Shown here one piece after another: positions 12,309-25,311 of a stretch of DNA of 64,000 nucleotides. This stretch comes from Cirrosporium novae-zelandiae (lineage: Eukaryota). The notes beneath the pieces are model-generated. The model searched no databases and was not told the origin of the DNA. It was given only the letters and a program-made list of their open reading frames with translations. The stretch is from NCBI GenBank assembly GCA_026023565.1, contig JAPETS010000018.1, positions 310,001 to 374,000 of the forward strand, written 5' to 3'. Position 1 is the first letter of the stretch; each line of letters opens with the position of its first letter. The position numbers and the translations under genes are program-made.

Positions 12309-15300
12309 TCAAGCCAGAGACGGAACGTGTCTCCTTATAATTCCTCTCTCTCTATCCCCACTTCGTTCGGCCATCTTATCTAACTTGACGCTTCTCAACC
12401 CCTGCGCCAGGTCTTCCATCAGACTCAAGCTTCGTCTGTCATCCCCTCTCTCCCCGGTCCGAGCGTTTACACTGGAACTTCCATTTCCCTCTCCGGGTGC
12501 CAACTTTCTTGTCGGAAAACTTGATTTAGTTGGTGGAAAAGGCGGTGAGGACGCCCTCATAAGGAGACGTTCCGGCCTCCCCACCAAGCTTATTTTTTTC
12601 GCTCCCAGGGTTTTCATAATGTCCTCTAGCAGAATCTGCATGGGAATCATGTATGCTAGTGACGTTTCCGGGGACCACCCCAAAACGTGCCCACACAGGT
12701 TTCCCGTTTCATTATCAAAGATCCACGCACCCGAATCCCCAGGGCCTAGAATGGCGTTAGAAAACTGTTGCCAAGATGGGATAAGATATTTCACTCACCG
12801 CCGAAATCCCCGCTGATACACCAACTTGTGGAGAATGACCGTCCAGGCATTTTGATAAGCCTTGTTCCCATTAGAAACCCTTCCTGGACACCACTAGTCC
12901 GCCCACAGCAATGTACTTCCAGCGCATCCAGGTCTCCTAGCCGTAGCATGTCCACCGGATATTGTCCCACGTGACAGAACTTTCCGCCGTCGGGTACACA
13001 GTTATGACCTGACCGACGATCTTCATTGACATCTATGAGCGCCCAATCAACTTCATGCTTGAGACCTTCGCGGTGCAAATGTCGTATGCCCGAGGAGGCA
13101 TGGACAGTGCCGAGAAGGTGGGAGCAAAGGTGATCGGAAGCACGATCCTCAGGGCTAGGGAAAAATGATTCGTGAACATCATCAAGAGCAGGCTGGGTAA
13201 CAAAAAAGGTTTGCGTAGAAAGATCGCTGACACCGGGCGTTTCACCAATAGAAGAGTTGTCATCGTCTGGCTCAGACTCGTCATCTGAGAGATCGAGATC
13301 AGAAAGATCAATATCAGAGAATTGGAAATCTGAATAGGAGGTTGAAGGATTAGTAGATAGACTAGGAGGCGAATCACCGTTTCCTGGAGTTGATTTGTCG
13401 TTCCTATAGAAAGCAGGTAGGTTGATCGGTATGCATTGTGCAGTGGGGTCTTTAGTTCCCGATGCACGGTACTGTCTTGAAAGGTTGATTTCATCTTCTC
13501 CCGCAGACGATTCGGCATCATTTTCATCGTCAGATTCTGGCACCGGTTCCTCCAGCATATGATGGACGGTCATACCCAGAGGCTGTCCGTCAACGAGCAA
13601 CGTTCCGCCGAATGATACTGGGGGATGATGAGCTCCATTCACACAAGCACCAATGGATGCACCACAACTAGGTCGTTCAACGTACGCAGGATTGAGATTC
13701 AGTTCATCTCCGTCATCTAAGATCGGCTGCTTGCACTTCCGATTTTTCCTTTTCTTCCTTGGCGCCATTGAAAAGCGGGCCTTCCCGTCAACAACGATCA
13801 GGTCCCAAATATCTCTGTTTATCTTAAGGTGACGTTCCAGGATTTCTCTAAATACTTCTGTACACTTGCTGCATTCTACTAGTATCGTAGGTCGGGCCGA
13901 ATTTGGTGAGTCTCCGACCATGAATGGTCCAGCGCTACCCGATTCGCATTCGGGGAGTTTGCTGTATAGCCGATCAAGGATGCGTCCGAGACGTCGCATT
14001 AGACATTTATTCCAATCTTCTGATGCCATCTTTGGTAGCCGTGCTCTTGGCCATATCAAGCATTGAGTTGGCTTGGGCTGAACCTTTTCTTCAACCCTGT
14101 TAGCGCTGAATCCGTCGTAAAGCGTCTTGAAAGGTGCGGAAACAGGTGGGGCCTCGGTCCTAGTAATAGGGACTTTTCCTCTGCCGTCATTCGAAAGCTG
14201 GGCTTTTTCTTGTAATTTTTTCGGGCTCAGAGGGGGGAGAGGTTTATCTTCATCAATTGCACAACATTTCTGTAGTCGACATAAAACACTATCATAAAAC
14301 AACGTTTCGAGTCCCTCTAGGGCTGCCATCGAAGCGCTAGATTGGGCATCTCCGTTAGCGGAAATTGCACCCGACAACGAGTCTGCCATGGAAAGGCAGC
14401 ACTGTGCAGCTCGCATATACACACTCCCACATCGGGATGATAATTTCTTGACATAGATATCCTCGATTCGTGACTTGAACATTGCATTGTTGTACTTCAT
14501 TTTCCAGAAACTTTCCAAGGGCATCCAGAGGCCGATTTCCAGGAGAATCAAACCAAAAGTGTAAATGTCATAGGCTTTACGAAAGCAGTAGTTTGATGAT
14601 CTCTTGTCCTGTGGATGTCGATAGATGTTGGGTGCAGCAGGGCCCCTTGAAACAGCATCACCATGAAGATCTGTCGATATAGCAGGCTTCCGGACATAAT
14701 GAGGTTTGTTGCCTGAGGCGTTGGTCGACGAGCCGGATTCATCATCCGGTAATAAAATTATATAGCTACTATCAAATTCTTGGTATCTGTGAGTGGGCCG
14801 AGTTTGATATATAGTAACTCCAACTTCAAAAGCCAAGCGAAAACGGTCTTCAAGGGGAGGAACATGGGAAGAGTCTTCTCTTGAACTCCGTTGGAGCAGG
14901 GTAAGCAGAGACATGTCCTCCAAGGGAGGGGATTTCAAATCTAAACCCTTCCTGGCAAACGTAGATTGCCCGGGATCATAAGGAGGGGGCTCATAAGAAG
15001 GCTGTTCCAGGGGATACTCGGTAAGTCTACTTGATGACTGATCTGGGGTTGGGAAGAAGTAATCCTGTCGTTGTTCAGAGTCCTTACGATGAATTTTTTC
15101 CTCTGGACTTTGGGTCATAAACATCTGTCGTGATCTTGAGAGGTCGTATAATGTGTCGATAGATGCAGTGAGGTCCTTTAGCAGGTCCTCGGCACGTGCA
15201 GTATGAGTTTGACTCCATCTCTCAGCTGAACCAGAAGCCTCGGCAGGGGGGACCTTTTCAGCAGGGGGACATCTTGGGCGCTGCAGATTTTCGGCTTCCA

Positions 15301-15589
15301 ATAATATTTCTTGAATAGAAGCCATAATACTTCCAGCAAGATCGCTTAAACCTGCTTGGTCCAAAGAACTGTCAATATCGCCAGATTCGGACGCGTCACC
15401 CCTGCTCCAATCAAGACCCCATGCAACAACTCGATCTTTCTGAATTCGATACTTGCGTTGCAAAGCCAGGAGTTCTGGATCATCACGGTCCGACAATGGC
15501 GGAGCAACATTCTCGTAGGATGATTTGATATCAGAATATAATTTGGTGAGACCGCGCTGGAGAAAACCTCCTCCACGGACTGCCTCCAT
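12309..15589 (-). CDS. HET-s/LopB (HeLo)-like N-terminus + kinase-like C-lobe + chymotrypsin-like serine protease domain, 2 exons
   Basis: N-terminal helical region (LLALQRKYRIQKDRVVAWGLDWS). Kinase-like segment NIYRHP..AYDIYTFGLILLEIGLWMPL. Protease motifs GMTVHH, VDWALID and GRTSG. Intron 12798-12746 (GTGAGT..CTAAC..TAG) joins DFG to GPGDSGAW. Confidence 0.8.
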
Positions 15590-16356
15590 GTTTAAAATTC
15601 AAAATTAACAATAATAACACAACCAAGTTTGGAATTTGGAAGAAAATCAATTGAACAAGACGAAATAAGTTGGTAGAGGCAGTCTGTTAATGAAGGTAAC
15701 GTTAAAGGTGATGTTAGGCAACGAAATAAGCGGATGGGCAATTTCTGGTGGTTGCTGGTGGTTGAAAATGTTGCTGCCTGTTACTTTTGACAAACCACAG
15801 TAAGGTGGCGAAACAATTAAAATATCACCACCAATTTCTCTGATTTTGTCGGACGACGGAGCAACTATGAAGAATATCTTAAGTATAAATTTTAGGCATG
15901 CGCAATGTAATAATGGTAGCCTTGTCATCAGAATTTGATGAACTGATGTACGTGCAAAGTCCAATCCATTGAGTCTAAGCCATGATTGTCATCATTGTTA
16001 CCTCGGCACCTTGTCACTTAGTTCTAGGCTTTGACAATGCCCCAATGACATGTGGAACACCAGCCACACCAGCCATCAGCCACATTAGCCCCGGCCAAAT
16101 GTAGTATGGGTTTATATGGACTATTATTATCATTTGAATACCAGTTCATTCTCCACAAGCATCTCAATGAACAATGACTTAAACCTAAATGCTTTGGCTA
16201 GAGAAGAAGATCGAAAATAATTTACACTAGAAATTAAGATTAAAATCACTGCATGACCAATGCAAAAATCATGCACTTTCACAACAGCTTTTTACATCTT
16301 AACTATGTAAATCCAGGAGGCCGTAGCATTATACACCGCTTCCAGTAAGCATCCTT

Positions 16357-17895
16357 TTAGCCTCTCCTTGTCATTCTCTTCTCCCTTCTCTTTTGATCTC
16401 TTTCCTTTTCCTTCTCTAGAAATCTTCTTTGCTCATCAGCATTCATTGTTCTAAGTTTCTTCTCACGTTCATCGCGTTTCTTCTTTTCCGCTTCTACTCT
16501 ACGTTCTTCCTCTCTTTCTTCTGCATCAAGGCGTTCGAGCTTATGTTTCTCGGTTGCTCGGGCATTTTGAAGTTTACGGTGGACTTCTGGGCGAAGCGAG
16601 CGAGAGAGAGGTGCTAGCATGTCAGGAATTTGGAGGAATGCCTTGAACACGGGAGAAGGAGGTGCCGAAGGAGAGGAAAGGATCATAGAAAGGTGGATTG
16701 ATCGTGGAGGGTTGCTGAGTTCGTTCAATCTGTTATGCCGATGCGGTTAGCCAAATACAGCAACTAGACGAGAAACTAGGCAGCATTGATTGATGGAGGA
16801 GGTGACGCTCACTTGGTTGGTTTGTCTGCTGGTTGGTCCGAGACAAGAAGATATTCAAAAGTCTCGGGCCCCGCCTCTGTAACAGCACTGGCCAACTCTG
16901 GGGTCAGCAGACGATCCGTGATTTCGGCGCTTTCGCTCATTATAGTCGCCCAGGCAGGCAGCTTCGAATGGTCCTTTGTCGCCGTCAAAGAAACGTCATA
17001 ACGCTCGTCGCGTAAGAATCGCATGCAATCCTTGTTGACAACTGCCCAAACGAAACCCTCATAGGATGAATTGGGGATACCACCTGCCTTTGCAGCGCGA
17101 GCCTCAAGAGCCTCTTGCCCCAACTTACCGCCGCCTAGAACAGGGACAAGGTCTTTTTCCTTTCCAGAGAACGGGTATATGGTCGCAACCATGCGCTCAG
17201 TGGGTGGAGAGATGGAATCAAACAGACCACCCAAAGCAAATTGGCCAATAACAGCAAAAGGGTTGGCACGATTATAAAAGGAGAGTTTAATATCTAAGAA
17301 TGCCACATTTAACCGGCCAGTCGCATAACCGATGAACTCGGAAGTAGAGTTTTGTTTAAGCAATTGATCCGGCTTTGGAATAGCGTCAGGTTCAGGTTCA
17401 GAGTCATTGGTGGGTGATACCTGGGGACGAGAACCAAAACCAACAAGGGCAAACTGGGAGGAGAGAAGGGGATAATGGGACGATATCCATGCTCTAGCTT
17501 TCGACCGATTCGTGCGCGAGCCGTATAAATAAAGGAGGAGAACGATGAGAATTAGCGGGATAGCTATGAGCTCAACAAGAAAGTCACTGGGTTTTGCACG
17601 CTCCCAGACGCGATACCATTTGGTATAGAGAACCGGAGGAAGGGTATTTGCGCCAGGAGTAGGGCTACTGGCTAGAGAGCTTGTGACGGCAGAGGCAACT
17701 GGGGAAATGGATGCTGGAGAAGGATCCGGTGCTCCAGCGAAATCGGCAAAATCTGGGAAAATTCAGTATCCTATAATGCAGCAATTGGGATGAGACAATG
17801 AATAAGATAAGGAATGGCCTACCATCATCGAGGGGAACTTGAGCCGAGGGGTTTGCAGAGCCACCTCCAAACAAGTTTTTGAGCACATCTCCCAT
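16357..17895 (-). CDS. DUF1682 / CCDC47-like ER membrane protein (PAT complex subunit), 3 exons
   Basis: N-terminal TM segment, then EFIGYATGR, FVWAVVNK..MRFLRDERYDVSLT and IMSESAEIT. C-terminal charged coiled coil (EQRRFLEKEKERDQKR). Introns near 17822-17753 and 16812-16730. Confidence 0.85.
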
Positions 17896-18382
17896 GATGA
17901 AGGTATTATTATGCGCCTCGACTATACTACAATGAACAGTAGCAAGTGTGCAGGCGTTGACAGTTGAACAGAGCGGCCGCTGTCAAGTCTTTGAGCGTTG
18001 GGAAAAAGGTTGGCGTTGGCAAAGTGCGCAAAGTGCGATTAGATCAGAGATGCTTGGCAAAAGGGAAATTAGTGAACACCAACTGATTTGATATAATTTC
18101 CTTTCCACTGGAAGCCATTAAGTTACATAGCTGATGTTGAATTTATATAATATCTAAATTTGTCTTCTTGGACTAGACTTTCTACAAATAGGATAGTAAA
18201 TAGTTCGGGCCTGAATGGCCATTATACTGATTACACCAGAATAGTAAAAAACAAAGCAGACATGGTATTTTCGATTGATGTGGGAAAGTCTTGATTATAT
18301 ACACCGATGCTCGACAGATTTGGGTCCTTTTGCATGTCGAAGTTGAAGTCCCACTTAAGCCAAAGGATATCAAGCGGATCCT

Positions 18383-19003
18383 TTATTTTCCCCACCAGGT
18401 CCTGTGGCCCTGTGGATTGCAATATCATCAGTAATTGTAACTTAGATGTGATCGGATTTAGAGCACCGATCACGGTTAAAAATTGTTGACTTACAAGAAC
18501 CATGCGGGCCATGGCGTACATGGTGGCTGTAATGGTCAAGGTCAGCAAGTAATCCTATTACTTTCACTAAATTGAAGTGATATACCTGTGAAAGAACCGA
18601 AGAGGATGGCGTAATATGGGAGTAGAAACGCCTTGCTCCTTGCAGACTATCCGAGAATAATGGTTAGCGGTCCAGTAGATATTTGTAACTTGAGTAAAAT
18701 CAATAGCTTTCTAATTGAACGATGTGCCTTCTTTGATTGACTGATTGCGCCGAATAAAAGAATATGGAACATGACGCACTTTCTGCCATAGACGGAGTCC
18801 ATCAGCCGATTGGTATTGTCGTTGGTAGTGTGGTACGCGGTTCTCGCGGAAAACCCAGCTATGTAAGAAGACAGTCGTTAGTATATTCTATTATCACCTT
18901 GACCAGACGTGCTTTGATATGGAAGAACAACGGGTCAACGGAGACGGCCGGCTGAGATATTATAAAAAACGGTTTCCTTGAAAGATATTACTTACCCCGC
19001 CAT
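18383..19003 (-). CDS. COX7: Cytochrome c oxidase subunit VII, 5 exons, 68 aa
   Basis: Exons 19003-18996, 18858-18780, 18646-18586, 18526-18495 and 18409-18383 all have GT-AG boundaries. They give MAGWVFRENRVPHYQRQYQSADGLRLWQKSARSKAFLLPYYAILFGSFTATMYAMARMVLGHRTWWGK, matching the Cox7 pattern NRV..YQ..FQ...+ one TM helix. Confidence 0.88.
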
Positions 19004-19380
19004 TGTTAATTGATAGCTATCCGAAGTTTGCAAAAGGGTCACAGGGAAGCTGGAGGTTTATGAGAGGAGATGTTCAATGGGTCAGTTAAGATGGTAGAGT
19101 TGAGAGCTGTTGATGAAGAGAGAAGCTGAGCCGGAACCATCATGCCATAAATCGCCGAACACGGCGCTTGAGTTTTTTAATCGCGCGGTTGTCGCTTATT
19201 GGAGATGAAGTTTTGGAAAGATTTCGAAGCTTGAGTAAGTTTATTGTTACTTTTCTACCTCTCAATGACTTTATGGATTTCTCCAACATAAGGTAATTTA
19301 TGATGTTTTAATAAGCATGATTTTCGCAGGATATTTTTCTTCCCTTCACCCTTCACTCTACTCCTCACATCCTCCACCGG

Positions 19381-22005
19381 ATGCCCTCTGCTTTACAAAC
19401 CCTTCTTTCGAGATCTCCCACTCTTAAACTCTTGAAAGGAATTATAGTCTCAGATAATTACGCTTCCATCTCGCAGCGCGATTTATACCCTCCAGTATGC
19501 ACCGATTGCTTCCAGCAAATTTTCATTCGTTCTTATTCTCGAGATTCCAAACCTCGACGCTATGATCTAAGCTTCAAAGACTCGGCCGACTCTCAAAAGG
19601 AATTGAACCATTTACTCGAATACACAGACAAGAAGAAGGTCGAAAAGCCGTCAGGGGAAAAAAATGTGCTTGATGGGCCAACATTCCAGGATGCAGCAAC
19701 CATTGGTGGCCAATTCCCAAAGTCTTATGCGTCGACATCCCCGAAGGTGAAGATAAAACAGCCACCCCCAACAAAACCATTAATTAGGAAACAATACAAT
19801 GACTCTTTTTCTGGGCGACGCAAAAGTTTTAATATCGAAGAGAAGGTGTCAAAAAGAGAGAGACGTAAAGATCCTCTAGCAACCAAGGCATTGACATTCA
19901 ATGAGCTTCAATATGAATCTGATCTCGGGAGGAAGTCTGCGCCCGGTAAAAAGCTTGTGGATGGCCCCGATCGTTGTACAGATTGGGAATTGTGGATTCG
20001 ACTCTTAAACTTCCGTCGTCGAACCTATGGTGTATCAGGTGTCGGCGATATTTGGGACGGAATATATAAAAGGCAAGATAAATTTGTGTTGCCTACCGAA
20101 GGACCGCAGGCGGATGCTCTATGGGGAGCTCTCATTGAGGCTGGATTCGAAAACGAGCATCTTCTAAACGTTGTATGCGAATATGCCCTAAAACTAGAAC
20201 GACTTGAGGGCAGAAAGTGGCAGCAGCTATATGTAAAAGTGATTGGTCATTTCATACAACAGCGTAACGGGCATGCTTATAATTGGCATAAATTGCTAAC
20301 CCGCTTGAACCCTCCTAGCCTGGATGAAGTACGTTGTGTGCTCAAGAATGGAATTTTTTGCATGGAAGGTGGATCACAGTTCCAAATGATCTATGAAGAC
20401 CTTGGTTATCGAAATCTATATAATTTAATCATCCCACAGCTTTGCCATCAAGGAAGACTTCTTGAGGCAGCCACCTGGCACTCTTATCTCATGAATCACA
20501 ACGATACACCATCAGACTTTAAGGTTACAGAGCCTCTGTTAAGGCACCTGAAGCGAACGAAGCAATCCTTTCGCTTACAGGAGGTTTCAACGGAAATGGT
20601 CGCGGCCGGAATTCCTTTGATTTCTCAGGATTCCTCTGTCCATCATGAAGGTATTATGTCTCGCGAATTCATGAACCTAACAATGGGACAAGCTCGTGGT
20701 ATAGCACCAAAAACTATAAACGATGAGACCTATGCAAGGTTCTTCGCAACACGCTCTATTCCAGTAAATTATATTATATCAGGCCTGAAGCTCCTTGGAG
20801 TTGAAGAGCTCGGCCCAATCACCTTGAGGGAGCTTGTCTTGAGGGAAGAGAATGTAAAAAGCATCACCGAACGGCTTACGCAGTTTGAAAACAAAGGGAT
20901 CTCCATTGGGACATCAACATATGCTCGCGTAATTCGACAGTTGGCGTTTGAGGGAAGAGCTGATTTGCTCCAAAACTTACTGGACTCTGATTTGCATCCA
21001 GATGCTTTTGATGATTGGAAGCTCCAAGAGAAGCTTCTTGCATCCTACCTGAAGACCAAGGATCTATTACAATTTGGTCGCACTATGGCCATTCTGCTCG
21101 TAGATTCATCGACCGACAACAAGATAATGGAAACTTGGAATCTACGGCTCCGAGCACAACTGAATGCGGGATACTTCCCCCTAGCAATCGGGACCATTGA
21201 AGAGATGCATCAAAAGCGCATCACGGTGACCCAAAAGTCTTGTATCCGCATGTTCTGGACATTACTTAGACATCGAAATCCTGGCCGGCGGCCTTCGGCT
21301 ACTCGAATTGAAACAGATGATTTAAGATTGTTAATAACGATCTGGAAGAGGGCTGTGGAGAATGGCACCCACTTGATACCCACGGCATGGAAAGAGGCTA
21401 TCCGCCGTCTTGGGATGTTGGGTCGATTTCAGGAACTTGAAAGCCTATGTTTCTGGTTGACGGCTTGGTATGGCCATGACCCATTGAAAGCCATATTTAC
21501 CCCGGCGTTACAGCAAGCGATTGTCCACTGGTACTTTAAGCGAAAAATTAACCTACGGGGTTTGAGGGCGGAAAGAAGCCTCAGCCAAGGCAATAAAAAG
21601 CCACTTCATATCCCTTGGACGCTTGGGTTCGCTTTTCTGAGAAAGCTCGAACAGCGAGGAGTTGATCTTGATACCGTAACCATCGAACGAGCTTTTCGTA
21701 ACCGTCTTCGAATCTTATTCGGTCCTGCTTTCTCTGCGATCCCTAGGAATCGAGCCTTACAAAAACACAACCCTTATACGATAGAAGAGGTCGCGTGTGA
21801 CGCTAATCGGGCCTGGAACGCACCTTTGCATTACGACAAAGATGAGCTTTTCTGGCTCTACCCCAGATACCCGAGTGGTGAGCATAGAGATGTCAAAATG
21901 CAAAAGTATCATGACTTGAGTTTGAGAGTGAGGCGTGCGTATAAGGGACGGCGTGTGATACTGAGGAAGACGGATTCACAATGGGGCCAACGTGAACATG
22001 AGTAG
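19381..22005 (+). CDS. Mitochondrial pentatricopeptide-repeat-like protein
   Basis: Uninterrupted 874-aa ORF with a basic/hydroxylated N-terminus. Helical-repeat character and segments recalled from fungal PPR proteins (LLDSDLHPDAFDD, W+EAIRRLGMLGR.ELE.L). Confidence 0.7.
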   Translation: MPSALQTLLSRSPTLKLLKGIIVSDNYASISQRDLYPPVCTDCFQQIFIRSYSRDSKPRRYDLSFKDSADSQKELNHLLEYTDKKKVEKPSGEKNVLDGPTFQDAATIGGQFPKSYASTSPKVKIKQPPPTKPLIRKQYNDSFSGRRKSFNIEEKVSKRERRKDPLATKALTFNELQYESDLGRKSAPGKKLVDGPDRCTDWELWIRLLNFRRRTYGVSGVGDIWDGIYKRQDKFVLPTEGPQADALWGALIEAGFENEHLLNVVCEYALKLERLEGRKWQQLYVKVIGHFIQQRNGHAYNWHKLLTRLNPPSLDEVRCVLKNGIFCMEGGSQFQMIYEDLGYRNLYNLIIPQLCHQGRLLEAATWHSYLMNHNDTPSDFKVTEPLLRHLKRTKQSFRLQEVSTEMVAAGIPLISQDSSVHHEGIMSREFMNLTMGQARGIAPKTINDETYARFFATRSIPVNYIISGLKLLGVEELGPITLRELVLREENVKSITERLTQFENKGISIGTSTYARVIRQLAFEGRADLLQNLLDSDLHPDAFDDWKLQEKLLASYLKTKDLLQFGRTMAILLVDSSTDNKIMETWNLRLRAQLNAGYFPLAIGTIEEMHQKRITVTQKSCIRMFWTLLRHRNPGRRPSATRIETDDLRLLITIWKRAVENGTHLIPTAWKEAIRRLGMLGRFQELESLCFWLTAWYGHDPLKAIFTPALQQAIVHWYFKRKINLRGLRAERSLSQGNKKPLHIPWTLGFAFLRKLEQRGVDLDTVTIERAFRNRLRILFGPAFSAIPRNRALQKHNPYTIEEVACDANRAWNAPLHYDKDELFWLYPRYPSGEHRDVKMQKYHDLSLRVRRAYKGRRVILRKTDSQWGQREHE

Positions 22006-22779
22006 ATGAAGTATAAAATTTAATGCCAATAACTTTGAAAATATCTCCATGAGAATCCACGTACTGTACTACCGTAGATTTGTATCCACGGTTCCTGGTT
22101 TCGAGATATGCAACAGGTAGGATGACTGATGACCTCTCATAGCGCCCTCCACAAACACCAAGCTTTACATACTATACAAACACGACTAAATATGAAATAC
22201 AAAACCCGTCATAGTCAAGCACCGGCGGCAACAAACACCAGGTGTCCCCTTATGAGCCGAGCCTACTCCAAACCTGAATCGGGAACCTAAATTTAGCTAT
22301 ATTATATCCAGCGAACACCATACGATCATAATTACAATCATAATCACAATCATAACCACGATTATAATAAACATGATATAACAACGCCCAACACTCAATA
22401 CAATCAATCATCAAACACCTCAAGCATATTCACCATATGCTTCCTCCCAGTAGCAATGATTATATACCCAAAGAGTACACCACAACCATCACCAATACCA
22501 TCCCATCCACTCCTCTCCCCGCTTGAAGTTCCACCAAATACCAAATACCAAACATCAAAAAAACCTAAACAGGACCTCCCTACTACCCCCTCCAACGTTC
22601 TTATTCCTATTCCTATTTCCAGGTACATGTATAGTATATATAACATCTCCTTTAAATTCTTCAACCCTTCCAGCTATCCAGCCATTCAGTCAATCAGCCC
22701 ATGAAACCCTTTCCTTCTTCCTCTCCTTTTCCCTCAGCCTTTTTATCATTTCTACTATTCTACTGTTTCACCATTCCCC

Positions 22780-24480
22780 CTTTTAAAAAAACTAAACCTT
22801 TTGGTTACCTATTTTACTTGGTACTTAGTAGTTAAGTAAACTCCTGATAATTAAACCACTTATTAGAATTAATAAATAAATAAAAGTGATAAAAGTGAAG
22901 TAATGATGTTTTCGTTTTTATAGGGTTATAGTATATATATTTTTAGGTTAGGATATCTATAAATCTATAAATCTACGGATTGATAGGTGAAAGTGAAAGT
23001 AAAGTATAAGGGTAAAGAATAGGGAGTGTAGGGGGTAAGAAATAAAGGTAAAGAGAGTAAAGAGTGTAAGGGAGTGAGGGGTGGAGGGTGGTCCTATAAG
23101 AAGGGGAGAAGTGATAAGAGATAATTAAGAGATAAGGAATGCTAGTATAACACGGTAATCGTGGAAATATACAAGAGACAAGATGCAAGGGATAGTGTTA
23201 ATGCAAAATATGAATGATATGAGATGATGTAAGGGATGATGATGATGATGCAAGGGATAAGTTCAGGGTAAAAGTAAAAAAGATAAAGATAAAAAGTAAA
23301 CAGAAAAGCCGAACGTTTTCTTAACAATTTTTAACCCTTTTGTTCCGACGTTTGGTTTATTTGTCTGTTTGTTTATTTGTTTATTAAGTATAAACTCCTC
23401 TTTAAAGAGAACACATGGCGCATAGAAGCAAAAAGGCATATATATATATATAAGTATAGTGAACTCATCCCTTTTTATAATTTTATCTTAAAAACTATTT
23501 AGGTGCTTATAGGATAAATATAAATCGATTAAAAAGTATAATGTTTTAAGTAATTATTTAAAGTTTTAGCTTATATTTTAAGTTTCGGTTCTTCGGCTCC
23601 GATTACGCACTCACGCCGACCTATCGAATTCCGATATAATTTTCTTCGCGTTCTTCAAGTTCTCGGTTCTCGTCAATAATATTTGGTATGGCTTTATATA
23701 TATAGAAAGATTATCTTCGAACCCGTTTATTATATATATATTAGCTTTATTTATTCTTCTGTATTGTTTACGAGTGAACGAGCGATATTATAATATATTT
23801 TATAGTCTTGATTCTGTCTTCGAAGACGATTCGGAGAGAGCGATTCTAAGATATCCGAGACTACGTGCGAATAGATTTTATATAACGTCGTCGTCGTCGT
23901 TGCCGTCGTCACCACTTTTATCCTCGTGGCGAGAGGTTATTTACGTTATCCGAACTTAATTTATTCTTCTTCGTTCTATTGTATTCCTTTATCTTTCTTT
24001 TTATTTCATCGTCGACGACGATAGTATATGTATTTTTACGCCCTCGCCGAGCGAGTTATATTAGCGAACTTTACCACTCTCGAACTCGAATTCGAATTCG
24101 AACCCGTGCGGGACCATGGACCCCGTACGGACTAACCATCTGATTCAAGACTGTGTACGATTTTGACGATCCGTGGGAAACGGGTATGGTGCGGACTGGC
24201 TGCGGACTCACTAACCGATCTACGAACGGTCCGAATAGCTTTTATAATAACAACCAAGGCGTCGATAACGGAAGGATACGATACCGTAGTCGACCACTAA
24301 CACGAGAGTGATACTAATTGATTCTCCGTTTATTCATTTAACTCATCTCTCATCCTTTCTATAGCCTATTAACGTCGCGCGGAATCGTATATTTACCTAC
24401 TTGCCTCACTCTATATCTTCTTCTTTTTCTTCCATCATCTTGCTACAAGGAAACTACTTACTCACTGACTCACTTTCTTT
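22780..24480. mobile_element. AT-rich, RIP-like degenerate repeat block
   Basis: By eye, TpA and CpG are abundant and CpA/TpG scarce. No credible ORFs; lies next to a gag relic. Confidence 0.55.
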
Positions 24481-24924
24481 CTTACCCTCTTCTCACCCCC
24501 ACACTTTCCACACGTACATAAAACCCCTTATCTCTGACACCATTTCTCAAGTAACATCGCCTCACCATGTCCAGCCTTAAGAGCTTTGACCGCTCCATCA
24601 TCTCCAAGGAGATGAGAATGAAAGACATCCTATACGAGTCCTCAGGGCTCGAATATGAAGCCGAGGTTGCAAAAGCGGTCGAGATGAAAGACATGGCCAA
24701 GGTCGTTCAGGATACCGAAGCCCTCGTTAAACTCGAAGGTGAAGTCCACTACTACGGAGACAACAGCGATAGCGATTACGGCAACGAGGATAATAACGAC
24801 AAGTGGACAAAAATCTCCGCCTCGAACGTCCTCGGATAGATCGAAAACGTTACACAGGCTTCGGCGGCCCTAGGTCCCGGAGACCGACAAGAACACCAAA
24901 ATACCTATCCTCGAGGAAACACAT

Positions 24925-25311
24925 TTGAATCGGATCGAATACACGTTAGACAAACTAAAGACGTCGACAGGTTATTCAAGATGGAGCCTGAGAATGACTC
25001 TGTACCTAAAAGCCGAACTTTTATGGGAATACATTGATGGTACGTATACAAAAGCATATGAATTACCGGAAATTGAAGACTTTCCTATGAAAAATGAGGT
25101 ACAAATACGTCAGGCATATGGAATGACCTTGTCTGACCCTATTACACCTGATCAACTCAAGGCGTTAGCGAAAGATGACCAAGAAAGGAGATGGGAGCGC
25201 AAGAAAGATGACCTTCATGTACTCCAGCTGCAGAATGATCAAAGACTTGCACTCGCACTGGTCCGAATTATTCAAAACGTCGAGGGTCAGGCGTCAGAGA
25301 TAGAATCTTAG
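24925..25311 (+). mobile_element. Truncated Ty1/copia-like gag N-terminus
   Basis: LDKLKTSTGYSRWSLRMTLYLKAELLWEYIDGT fits the copia gag N-terminal pattern (KL.G..NY..W...M..YL....LW.Y.DG). It breaks off after DQRLALALVRIIQNV, with no pol downstream. Confidence 0.7.
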
